Assembly: GCA_051985685.1 (NCBI GenBank)
Contig: JBPYFR010000175.1
Span: 3,495 to 67,494, forward strand
DNA: 64,000 bases
Direction: 5' to 3'
Origin: Acidimicrobiales bacterium
GTDB taxonomy: Bacteria > Actinomycetota > Acidimicrobiia > Acidimicrobiales > RAAP-2
Position numbers and translations under genes: made by a program
The notes under the pieces: model-generated
What the model saw: the letters and a program-made list of their open reading frames with translations, nothing else
Told to the model about the DNA's origin: nothing
Databases searched by the model: none
Part shown: positions 8,815-16,681 of the stretch, one piece after another
Numbering within the stretch: position 1 is the stretch's first letter
Layout: each line of letters begins with the position of its first letter

Positions 8815-9921
8815 ATGACGGACGTCGGTCCTCCCTCGCCCCGGCCATCAGTGCTGAGGGGGAGGCGCGTACCCGATCACCCGGACCTCACCGTGTGCAT
8901 CCTCGTTCTCGAACGGGCCCAGCTGGCGCTCGGGTGTCTCGACTCGCTGCGCCGACCGGGCGCCTGTCCCCCGGGGACCGAGTTGGTGGTGGTGGCGAAC
9001 GGCGCTCCGCCGGACCAGCTCGACGACCTGGTTGCCCGCGAAGACATCGTCCTGGTCGTCAACCAGGACAATCTGGGATTCGCCGGTGGGTGCAATCAGG
9101 CTGCGTCCCTGGCCCGGGCACCTCAATTGGTCTTTCTCAACGACGACAGCACGGTCGAACGGGGGTCCATCGACGCCCTGGTTCGAGCGGCGTCGGATGA
9201 GCCGGCGATCGGTGCCGTGGGTTCCCGCATCACGTCTTCCGACGGCACGCTCGAAGAAGCGGGTTCCGTGCTCTGGCGCGACGGCTCCTGCGCGCACGTG
9301 GGGCAGGGCCTGACACCGGCGACCGATGCGTATCACGAGCCGCGGGACGTGGACTACGCCTCGGCGAACGGACTGCTCGTCACGCGTCGGGCCTGGGACG
9401 CAGTGGGTGGATTCGACGAACGCTACTTTCCCGCGTATTACGAGGATGTCGACTTGTGCCTGATGTTGGCCGCGCATGACTTCCGGATTCGCTACGAGCC
9501 ACGGGCTCGGGTCGTGCACCTCGGGAGCCAAAGCACGTCGCGCGTCTATCGCGAATTCCTGATGGCCCGGAATCGACAGATGCTGGTGGAGAAGTGGGGT
9601 CGAGCCCTCGATCTCTTCGAGCTGCCGCCTCAGGGGTACTCCGGTCCCGAGTTCGAGAACGCGATGGAGCGAGCGATCAAGCGGACCGTCCCGGGCGAGA
9701 ACCCGCTTGGCGCCGCCACCCGAAACCGTCCTCCCAGGTCGGAGCACATCGACCGAAGGCGTGCGAGGGAACGGCTGCGCGAGGACTACCTGGCCTACCT
9801 GGAGCAACGCGCGGACGAGCAAGATCGACGGATCACCTACTTGGAGAAGTACCTCTCGGGACTGTGGGGGGTCCGGTTGCGCCGTTGGGCGGCGAGACGC
9901 TTGGCGCGGCGTCGGCACTGA
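8815..9921 (+). CDS. Glycosyltransferase family 2 with a short basic helical C-terminal tail
   Basis: Part of ORF 8524..9921. LTVCILVLERAQLALGCLDSL...VVVANGAPPD...NLGFAGGCNQA...FLNDDS (DxD). ATG 8815 lies after the asnB-like stop. C-terminal RERLREDYLAYLEQRADEQDRRITYLEKYL. Confidence 0.85.
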   Translation: MTDVGPPSPRPSVLRGRRVPDHPDLTVCILVLERAQLALGCLDSLRRPGACPPGTELVVVANGAPPDQLDDLVAREDIVLVVNQDNLGFAGGCNQAASLARAPQLVFLNDDSTVERGSIDALVRAASDEPAIGAVGSRITSSDGTLEEAGSVLWRDGSCAHVGQGLTPATDAYHEPRDVDYASANGLLVTRRAWDAVGGFDERYFPAYYEDVDLCLMLAAHDFRIRYEPRARVVHLGSQSTSRVYREFLMARNRQMLVEKWGRALDLFELPPQGYSGPEFENAMERAIKRTVPGENPLGAATRNRPPRSEHIDRRRARERLREDYLAYLEQRADEQDRRITYLEKYLSGLWGVRLRRWAARRLARRRH

Positions 9922-9949
9922 CCAGATCCGCTGGTCGCCGGCGAAGGAG

Positions 9950-11158
9950 TCAGCCGCCGCGCCGGATTCGGTGTGCGAGCCCGACCATCTGGCGCAGGGG
10001 CCTCGTGACCCGCCAGCTGGTGGAGGCTTTCAATCTGTCGTACATCGCGAGCGCCCCGGCCAACTTGGCCTGCGCGTCGGCCATCTCGGTTCGCGCCTCG
10101 GCCACCTCGGTCCACGCCTTGGCCTCCCGCGCCCGCGCCTCGTCCACTTCGACCTCTGCGTCGGCCAGCTCACCCTGCGCCCTGTCGAGCTCATGCGATC
10201 GTTCCGACAGCTTGGCCGCCAGAGCCTGAACCTCGTACCTCTGCGCGCGCACCTTCTCGTTGAGCGTGTCGCGCTGGCTCGAGAGCGCGGCCACTTGGTG
10301 TCGATCACCCAGCACCGTCGTCGTCCACGGCGACTCAGCTCCCGGAGCAGGGGCAGCCAGCGGGCGGTGAGGGCCCTCGAGAGACTCGAGATGCGCCAGC
10401 AATCGAACTTGCTCGGGGAGCAGCAGATCGGAATCACCGGAGGAGCGTTGACGACGGAGCTCCGCGGAGATGGTGGCGACGGCTCGGTCGACGTCCCACC
10501 CGTCGGCGTGCGGGGCGAACTGAGGAAGGTCGGCCAGCCACTTGGCGAGATCACCGAGCCGACCCGATGGGTCCTCCACGATCGATTCGTACTGGGTGAC
10601 GAAGGTGTCCACACCCACCAGGCCGGCCAGGCCCGATCGGTTGTACCGCTCCCACAGGGCCACCCCGTCGGCCAGGTGGAGGCCGTCCCGGACTTGGAGG
10701 GACCGGGCCACCGCGAGGGGCGAACGCCAGATGAAGACGGCCGCCACGGGCTTCGGGAGGTGGTGCAACCAGTAGGGCAGAAGCAGGCACACCCGCGGGT
10801 CCTTCCACACCACTGGACCGTCCTTTGGGAACGCCTCGCCGGCCGGCCTGGCCGCGTCGCCGAGCTCGTCGGACGTGAGCTCAGGACGGGACGCCCAATC
10901 CGGATCGGGCGGTCGATCCCAGGTCCCGCCGAGATACTCCAGGAGCAGGTCGTCGTACAGACCGAGAGCCCGGCTCTCCCAGTGGTCGGGGTTGTCCTCG
11001 GATGGTTCCCAACGATCCTCTTCGACCGGTGCGGTCAGCCCGAGCTGCGCCAGCGCTCCGGTCACGGCTGAGGTGCCGCTGCGGTGCATGCCCACGACCA
11101 GCACCCAGGGACCGACAGGCATTCTGCGTTCGACGGGTGCGGGCGGGGCGGTGCTCAT
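9950..11158 (-). CDS. Sulfotransferase-family protein with a roughly 100-aa C-terminal coiled coil
   Basis: Part of ORF 9950..11356, starting at ATG 11158 (MSTAPP). PAPS 5'-phosphosulfate loop VVGMHRSGTS and 3'-phosphate motif IWRSPLAVARS. The tail RDTLNEKVRAQRYEVQALAAKLSERSHELDRAQGELADAEVEVDEARAREAKAWTEVAEARTEMADAQAKLAGALAMYDRLKASTSWRVTRPLR is heptad-like and rich in Ala, Glu and Arg. Confidence 0.8.
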   Translation of the reverse strand: MSTAPPAPVERRMPVGPWVLVVGMHRSGTSAVTGALAQLGLTAPVEEDRWEPSEDNPDHWESRALGLYDDLLLEYLGGTWDRPPDPDWASRPELTSDELGDAARPAGEAFPKDGPVVWKDPRVCLLLPYWLHHLPKPVAAVFIWRSPLAVARSLQVRDGLHLADGVALWERYNRSGLAGLVGVDTFVTQYESIVEDPSGRLGDLAKWLADLPQFAPHADGWDVDRAVATISAELRRQRSSGDSDLLLPEQVRLLAHLESLEGPHRPLAAPAPGAESPWTTTVLGDRHQVAALSSQRDTLNEKVRAQRYEVQALAAKLSERSHELDRAQGELADAEVEVDEARAREAKAWTEVAEARTEMADAQAKLAGALAMYDRLKASTSWRVTRPLRQMVGLAHRIRRGG

Positions 11159-11198
11159 CGTTGGCGGCCTGCAGCGAGTGTGTCCGGTGGGGGCCTGT

Positions 11199-13277
11199 TC
11201 AGCGCAGCCGAGCGTACACGCGCCTGAACGCCCGGGTCCGCCTGGGTGAGCTGTAGACGAATTTGAGCACGGCCCGCTTTGACCGACCCAGCGCCGGGAG
11301 CGACGGCCCCGCAGGCTGCGCGAGGTGCGCGACGGCGGCGCGACGATTGGTCTCACTGACCACCAGTCCCACCGAGGCCATGTAGTCGGCCACGGCCTCT
11401 GTCGCTTCCGAGCTGATCGGATGTTGCGGCTCGGGTTGCACCGGCGCGACGGCTTCCCGGTACGAGCTGGGTCCCAGGTCGACCCGGCGTGGCTCGAGCA
11501 CCCACACGAAGCGGGTGACGGACCAGTTGGGGTTGACCGCTTGGGCCGTGGCCTGGAGCGCCCCTACCAACTCCTCGGGGAGGCCGTCACGCAGCCCCGC
11601 CTCGTAGGACTCGGAGTAGAGGGAGTGGACGTCGTCTCTCACTGTCACCTGCCAACCCGTGCGATCGACCAGGCGTTGCAGCGTGGCCTCGGTGAAGAAG
11701 CGCAGGTTCGCCGGATTCAGGGGTCCGGCCTCCCTGGTCTCGAACTGACCGCACAGGACCTGGAGGGCCATGTCGACGTGGGCGAAATGGGGAACGGTGA
11801 TGAGCAGGGGAGGAGAGTCGTGGTCGAGCGACCAGGCCGAGAGGGCGCTTAGCAGCTCCTGCGGTTCCGCGAGATGCTGCAACACGTCAACGAGCATCAG
11901 GGCACCGATGTCGTCGATGCCGTCGAGCGTCCCCTTCAACGACGCGACGTCGGTGAAGGTGCCCGGCACCAGCTCCGCGCCGGACAAGCCAGTGTGATGG
12001 AGCGTCGCTCTCTGCGAAAAGGACACGTGGTCCGCCAGGTCGACCAGCTTTCGACCGGCGGGCAACTCCAGCTCGGCGACTCGTGCGGCGAGGTTGGCCC
12101 ACACCTCGTCGACCGCGCGTCGGCCGGGCCAAGCCGACCCCGCCGGTGCCTCCTCCCGCCGCGGGGCGACGATAGGGCTTGCGACGAGTTCGGGTGGGCT
12201 GTCGACCAGCACCGACCGCGTCGCCTCGAGGAAGGCTCGTCCGTACCGCTGGTCGGGCTCCAAATGGTTGCCCTCGGCCCACTCGTTCCAAGCCAGGATG
12301 AAGAGGTAGTTCTCCTCGGCGCGGACTTGTGTCACCGAGTCGGCGGTGACCCTCAGCCAATGCTCGTAGTTGGCGGGGGTGGCGCCTTCGAAGATGGTGG
12401 CGCCGCGGGCTCTGCGGGCGGTGTTGTCCCACCCCACCATGACCGAGGGGAACCGCTTCCAATGGCAGTCGACACGCTTGAGGAGCGAATCGGCGGCCGA
12501 CTGATAGTCGAGGACCCGGTGCCCTCTGAGCGTCTCGAGCGCAGGATGCAGCTCCGTACCCAGAATGGGCATGAATCCCACGGAAGCGTCGAGGCCGAAG
12601 GCCTTGGGCCCCTGGCCGCCCGGCGGGGGACCCCATGATTCGACCCAACACAGGTAGAGATCGGGGAACCCGGCCTTCTGAACCTCAGAGCGCCAGATCT
12701 CGCTGGTGCGCAGGAGGTCGGGAATCAGCGTCGGGCGGTAGATGAGCATGAGCGGGCGACCGTCGATGGTGATGTAGCGAGGATCCTTGAATGCCCGCAG
12801 GAGGTAGCGAATGTGGGCGCGGTCGTCTCGCTCACTGAATTCTTGGCGCACGAGCACATGACCGGTCTGCGCGTCCCAACCCCTCGTCCATTCCTCGTTG
12901 GCCCAGCAGAGGGCGAAAGGAAAGTCCGGCACGCCGGAGGACAGCACCTCTTCGAAGGGTCGCTCGAGCAGCCGCCGGCCATGGAACCAGTAGTGGTAGT
13001 AGACGAAGCCGTGCACGCCGTGCTCCCTTGCCAGCTCGGCCTGCGCCATCCGCACTTCAGGCACCCGGAGGTCGTAATAACCGAGCTCGCCCGGGAGATG
13101 GGGCTGATAATGCCCGGGGTAGAGCGGACGGGCCTTGGTCACGTTGTGCCACTCCGTGAATCCCTTACCCCACCATTCGTCGTTCTCGGGAATGGGGTGG
13201 AACTGAGGTAGATAGAAGGCCAGCGCCTTCGGCTTTGCCGCGGCCGTGGCCGTCTGGCGGTTCCCAACCGAGTTCAT
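11199..13277 (-). CDS. WbsX-type glycosyltransferase domain fused to a C-terminal methyltransferase-like domain
   Basis: Part of ORF 11199..13997, starting at ATG 13277 (MNSVGNRQ). ALAFYLPQFHPIPENDEWWGKGFTEWHNVTKARPLYPGHYQPHLPGELGYYDL...CWANEEWTRGWD matches the Glyco_tran_WbsX pattern. The C-terminus has MLVDVLQHLAEPQELL, which is SAM-MTase motif-like, but the glycine loop is degenerate. Confidence 0.8.
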   Translation of the reverse strand: MNSVGNRQTATAAAKPKALAFYLPQFHPIPENDEWWGKGFTEWHNVTKARPLYPGHYQPHLPGELGYYDLRVPEVRMAQAELAREHGVHGFVYYHYWFHGRRLLERPFEEVLSSGVPDFPFALCWANEEWTRGWDAQTGHVLVRQEFSERDDRAHIRYLLRAFKDPRYITIDGRPLMLIYRPTLIPDLLRTSEIWRSEVQKAGFPDLYLCWVESWGPPPGGQGPKAFGLDASVGFMPILGTELHPALETLRGHRVLDYQSAADSLLKRVDCHWKRFPSVMVGWDNTARRARGATIFEGATPANYEHWLRVTADSVTQVRAEENYLFILAWNEWAEGNHLEPDQRYGRAFLEATRSVLVDSPPELVASPIVAPRREEAPAGSAWPGRRAVDEVWANLAARVAELELPAGRKLVDLADHVSFSQRATLHHTGLSGAELVPGTFTDVASLKGTLDGIDDIGALMLVDVLQHLAEPQELLSALSAWSLDHDSPPLLITVPHFAHVDMALQVLCGQFETREAGPLNPANLRFFTEATLQRLVDRTGWQVTVRDDVHSLYSESYEAGLRDGLPEELVGALQATAQAVNPNWSVTRFVWVLEPRRVDLGPSSYREAVAPVQPEPQHPISSEATEAVADYMASVGLVVSETNRRAAVAHLAQPAGPSLPALGRSKRAVLKFVYSSPRRTRAFRRVYARLR

Positions 13278-13315
13278 GGCGCTCAGGATACTTTCCGGCC
13301 CGGCCTGCCCCCAAG

Positions 13316-14443
13316 TCAGGTGCGCGCTTGAGCTGCGACGATGTCGATGACGCGCTCCTGGTCCGCCGGCGAGAGGCCCGACCCCGTGGGCAGGCACAAT
13401 CCCCGGTCGAAGACCTCCGCGCAGTGCCCTGGCCCCACGAGGGTGGCGCCGGCGAACGCGGGTTGGAGATGGAGTGGCTTCCACGTGGGCCTGGACTCGA
13501 TGTCGGCCGCCTCCAGGGCCAGTCGAACTTGCTCTCTGTCCGCTCCGAAGAGGTCGGGGTCTATGACGATGCAGGTCAGCCAGTAATTGGACGTGCCGGC
13601 GGCCGTGCGGGGCATCAGCGAGACTCCGGGGAGGCCGGCCAGCGCCGCCGCGTACGCGGCGTCGATCTTCTTTCGGCGCTCGATGCGGCTGTCGAGCCCG
13701 CGGAGCTGGGCCCTGCCCAGCGCGGCCAGGAGGTTGGAGAGCCGATAGTTGTACCCGACCGTCTCGTGCTCGTAGTGGGCGAACGGTTCTCGGGCCTGGG
13801 TGGCCAGGTGGCGGGCTCGCTCTGCCCACTGCGGCGACCCGGTCACCAGCATCCCGCCCCCGCTCGTCGTGATGATCTTGTTGCCGTTGAAGGAGAAGAT
13901 CCCCGCCATTCCGAACGAGCCCGCCGCCCGGCCCCGATGGGTCGATCCGAGGGCTTCGGCCGAGTCGTCTATGAGCGGGACCTCGAAACGACCGCACAGC
14001 GACTCCAGTGCCTCGTAGTCGGCGGTCTCCCCGTACAGGTCGACGGTGATCACGGCGGACGGGAGCCGGCCCGAGGCGGTCCTCTCGGTCAGCACCTCTT
14101 CGACCAGATCGGGATCCAGGTTCCAGCTGTCGGGCGAACTGTCGATGAAGACCGGATGTGCCCCCAGGTAGGTCACGGCTGCCGCGCTCGCGATGAAGGT
14201 GAAGGACGGGACGAGCACCTCGTCCCCGCGCTCCACGCCGGCCAACATCAGCGCCAAGTGGAGCGCCGCCGTCCCGCTGGAGAGGGCCACGGCATGTGCG
14301 ATGCCGGTCTTTGCTTCCATTTCCCGCTCGAAGGCGTCGACGTCGGGCCCCATCGGCGCGATCCAGTTCGAGTCGAACGCCTCGAGCAACATCCGCCTGT
14401 CTTCGGGACCCACCTCGGGCGGGGAGAGGAACACGCGGGTCAC
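13316..14443 (-). CDS. DegT/DnrJ/EryC1/StrS-family PLP sugar aminotransferase
   Basis: C-terminal part of ORF 13316..15319. LEAFDSNWIAPMGPDVDAFEREMEAKTGIAHAVALSSGTAALHLAL...FSFNGNKIITTSGGGMLV (catalytic Lys). GTG 14443 forms a GTGA overlap with the upstream stop. Confidence 0.9.
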   Translation of the reverse strand: MTRVFLSPPEVGPEDRRMLLEAFDSNWIAPMGPDVDAFEREMEAKTGIAHAVALSSGTAALHLALMLAGVERGDEVLVPSFTFIASAAAVTYLGAHPVFIDSSPDSWNLDPDLVEEVLTERTASGRLPSAVITVDLYGETADYEALESLCGRFEVPLIDDSAEALGSTHRGRAAGSFGMAGIFSFNGNKIITTSGGGMLVTGSPQWAERARHLATQAREPFAHYEHETVGYNYRLSNLLAALGRAQLRGLDSRIERRKKIDAAYAAALAGLPGVSLMPRTAAGTSNYWLTCIVIDPDLFGADREQVRLALEAADIESRPTWKPLHLQPAFAGATLVGPGHCAEVFDRGLCLPTGSGLSPADQERVIDIVAAQART

Positions 14444-15405
14444 GGTCGGGTCTGCGCGGGATTGCTCAACCCGCCGACGAGCGCGGCGCCACAGAGAACG
14501 GCCAGGCCGACCACCAGGTCGAGTGCCACCGCAGGCGCCATGGACGCGTGGCTCACGACTGCGACCAGGGTGACGACGACCGCCTCGGCTGCGATGTACG
14601 CCGCACTGGCGGCCGTGCGCGACCATCCTCTCGCGACGAGGAGGTCGTAGGGATGGGCGCGATCGCCGGCCAGGAGGGAGGTCCCGGCGCGACGCCGTCG
14701 CACGACCGCGCATGTCACCTCGGCCACCGGGATCGCCAGCAGAGCCAGCACGACCACGCCGGTCGGACCTGCGACGCCGACGCCCCACGCGTAGGTGAGC
14801 AGGACCGTCATGGCCGTTCCGATCAGATACGAACCGCCATCGCCCAGATAGATCCGCGCAGGCGGGCGGTTGTACCACAGGAAGGCGCCCAGAGCACCGA
14901 CGAGGGAGGCGGCGAAGACGCGGGCAGTGCCGTGGAGCGTCACTGCAAACCCAACGGCAGCGACCGCCCCCACCCCCGCGGCCAACATGTCGAGCCCGTC
15001 CAGCAGATTGAAACCGTTGATCAAGATGACAGTGATCGCCATGACGAGTGGCACACCGATCCACCCCGCCAAGTGCACTGGCTGGGTGGCGGCGATGAGG
15101 GCTCCCACCCCGAGCTGGGCGGCGAGTCGTGCCGGTGCGGGCAGGTCGAAACTGTCGTCGCCCACCCCGATCGCCAACGCGGCGAGCAGCGGGACGAGAA
15201 CGATGGGCCGACCGAAGCTCGCCGCGACGGCGACGCCGGCGAACAGGGCGACACCTCCCAGGTAGGGGACTGCAGCGTCGTGGGACTTGAGGGGCCCGGG
15301 ACGGTCCATGATGTTCCATCGGTGCGCGACCCGGATACAGGCCGGTACGGCGACCGCTGTGATCACCAGAGCGGCGATGACGGCGGCCAGGACCTCCATG
15401 GTCAC
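14440..15405 (-). CDS. Polyprenyl-phosphate HexNAc-1-phosphate transferase (MraY/WecA/TagO family), probable initiating enzyme
   Basis: GDDSFDL, NGFNLLDGLDML, FLWYNRPPARIYLGDGGSY, and about 10 TM segments. GTG start at 15405 forms a GTGA overlap with the GNAT stop. Confidence 0.9.
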   Translation of the reverse strand: MTMEVLAAVIAALVITAVAVPACIRVAHRWNIMDRPGPLKSHDAAVPYLGGVALFAGVAVAASFGRPIVLVPLLAALAIGVGDDSFDLPAPARLAAQLGVGALIAATQPVHLAGWIGVPLVMAITVILINGFNLLDGLDMLAAGVGAVAAVGFAVTLHGTARVFAASLVGALGAFLWYNRPPARIYLGDGGSYLIGTAMTVLLTYAWGVGVAGPTGVVVLALLAIPVAEVTCAVVRRRRAGTSLLAGDRAHPYDLLVARGWSRTAASAAYIAAEAVVVTLVAVVSHASMAPAVALDLVVGLAVLCGAALVGGLSNPAQTRP

Positions 15406-16019
15406 GATCCGTCGGCGTCAGATCGCGTCGGCCACTGCATGAGTACGGACTCGGTGCCGGGATGCACCTCGAAGCGTTTGACGGTGTGGAAGCCCGCTCG
15501 TCCGTACAGCGCGCGGGAGGCTTCGTTATTCGCGCCGATCACAACGTGCGCAGCGTCTTGCCCCCGCCGCTCGATCTCGGCGAGGAAGCCATCCACCAAG
15601 AGCATTCCCGCCCCCCGCCCCCGCATTCTCGGATCGACTGCCATAGAGAGCGACTCCGCTCCGTGGCCGCCACCGCTGCCGTAGCGGAAGGTCTCAATGA
15701 CGCGCCTCCATGCTCGTAGAAGTCGTCCAGCAGAGACCAGTGAGACAACCACACCGTCGCGCAACACGAAGGCCCGATAGAGGGCGGCGACATCGGTGGA
15801 GCCCGCAAGGAATCCAACCGTGGTCCCGTCGTCATCGACGACGAGCAGGAAGGACTCCGGGGACCGTGTCACCCGCCGGTAGAGCCGGCGGAGGAACCTC
15901 GGGCCGAGGTAGGACAAGAAACCTTCGTTGATGTTCCCGGCATGCAGGTCGGCGGCTGCGGCGGCATCACGATCCGTTCCGGTGCGAAGCACCATACCGT
16001 TCGATGTCTTCGGATCCAT
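15402..16019 (-). CDS. GNAT-family N-acetyltransferase
   Basis: C-terminal 205 codons of ORF 15402..16565. LSMAVDPRMRGRGAGMLLVDGFLAEIERRG...NNEASRALYGRAGF (acetyl-CoA motif A). ATG 16019; alternatives at 16040 and 15995. Confidence 0.8.
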   Translation of the reverse strand: MDPKTSNGMVLRTGTDRDAAAAADLHAGNINEGFLSYLGPRFLRRLYRRVTRSPESFLLVVDDDGTTVGFLAGSTDVAALYRAFVLRDGVVVSLVSAGRLLRAWRRVIETFRYGSGGGHGAESLSMAVDPRMRGRGAGMLLVDGFLAEIERRGQDAAHVVIGANNEASRALYGRAGFHTVKRFEVHPGTESVLMQWPTRSDADGS

Positions 16020-16256
16020 CGCCCTCGCCGTCGCCTCCATGCGCCTCCGAACGCCTGCTGTAGCAGGCCATATCGTCACGAAAGGAGATGCGACCGCTAT
16101 CCCGAGATGGTACCTCGCCCATACCTGCAGGTCTGAGGGGCGAACCCCACGACGGAGGGTGAAATGGCGCGGGATGTGGACGGGCGCTACCATCCCCCTG
16201 CTCGTCGGGGCGGAGACCCGGCTGGGGGTGCTGTTCGAGCTGTGGAGGTGGGCAAA

Positions 16257-16604
16257 GTGTCGAGCACAGTCAAGTGGGTCATTGTCGGAGTGTGCGCCGT
16301 TCTGGGCGTCATCGCTTTGATCTACGCGGTGATCTACGTAGCCGTGGGAATCCATTCGCTTCCGGCCTTCGTGCCCGGGCAGGTGGCTCATGTGAACGGC
16401 CATTACCACAAGCGGGCGCTGCTGTGTGCGGTCATCGGTGTCGTTCTGCTGGCGATCGCGGCCATGGTCGGCATCTCGGCGCGACGGACGACGACCACCG
16501 CCACGACGGGAACCGGCCTCGGATCGACTTCCGCAGGAACCCCCCGGGAGCCCCTGCCTGACCACGCCGCCACCGAGGAGGCGGGGGGCGAACTCCCGTC
16601 CTGA
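16257..16604 (+). CDS. Small two-TM membrane protein with a Thr/Gly-rich tail (hypothetical)
   Basis: Part of ORF 16164..16604. GTG 16257 lies 8 nt after GGAGG. WVIVGVCAVLGVIALIYAVIYVAV and ALLCAVIGVVLLAIAAMVGI are the hydrophobic helices. Confidence 0.55.
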   Translation: MSSTVKWVIVGVCAVLGVIALIYAVIYVAVGIHSLPAFVPGQVAHVNGHYHKRALLCAVIGVVLLAIAAMVGISARRTTTTATTGTGLGSTSAGTPREPLPDHAATEEAGGELPS

Positions 16605-16681
16605 TCCGCGGCCAGCGATACGGCCCGCAGGTTCAAAGCCTCCCGCTGGTTCAGACTTCTGGGCAGTTCAACTTCTGGGCC

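Noticed and set aside
13278-13997. N-terminal 240-codon extension of the 932-aa ORF 11199-13997, which would make a giant WbsX protein.
   Set aside because: The extension is Arg/Pro/Gly-rich and overlaps the well-supported DegT aminotransferase in another frame. The WbsX-type homology begins just after ATG 13277.
13316-15319. A 667-aa ORF suggesting a fused aminotransferase and N-terminal domain.
   Set aside because: Only the C-terminal roughly 375 codons look like DegT. The N-terminal part is a shadow of the WecA/TagO-type gene (14440-15405), which is in another frame and has all the PNPT motifs.
16654-16680. Imperfect direct repeat TTCAGACTTCTGGGC / TTCA-ACTTCTGGGC, with the 10-mer ACTTCTGGGC at 16654-16663 and 16671-16680, between two convergent genes.
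   Set aside because: It is short, single and imperfect. It lies where a terminator would be expected, but it forms no convincing GC-rich hairpin followed by a U-tract. I cannot distinguish it from chance.
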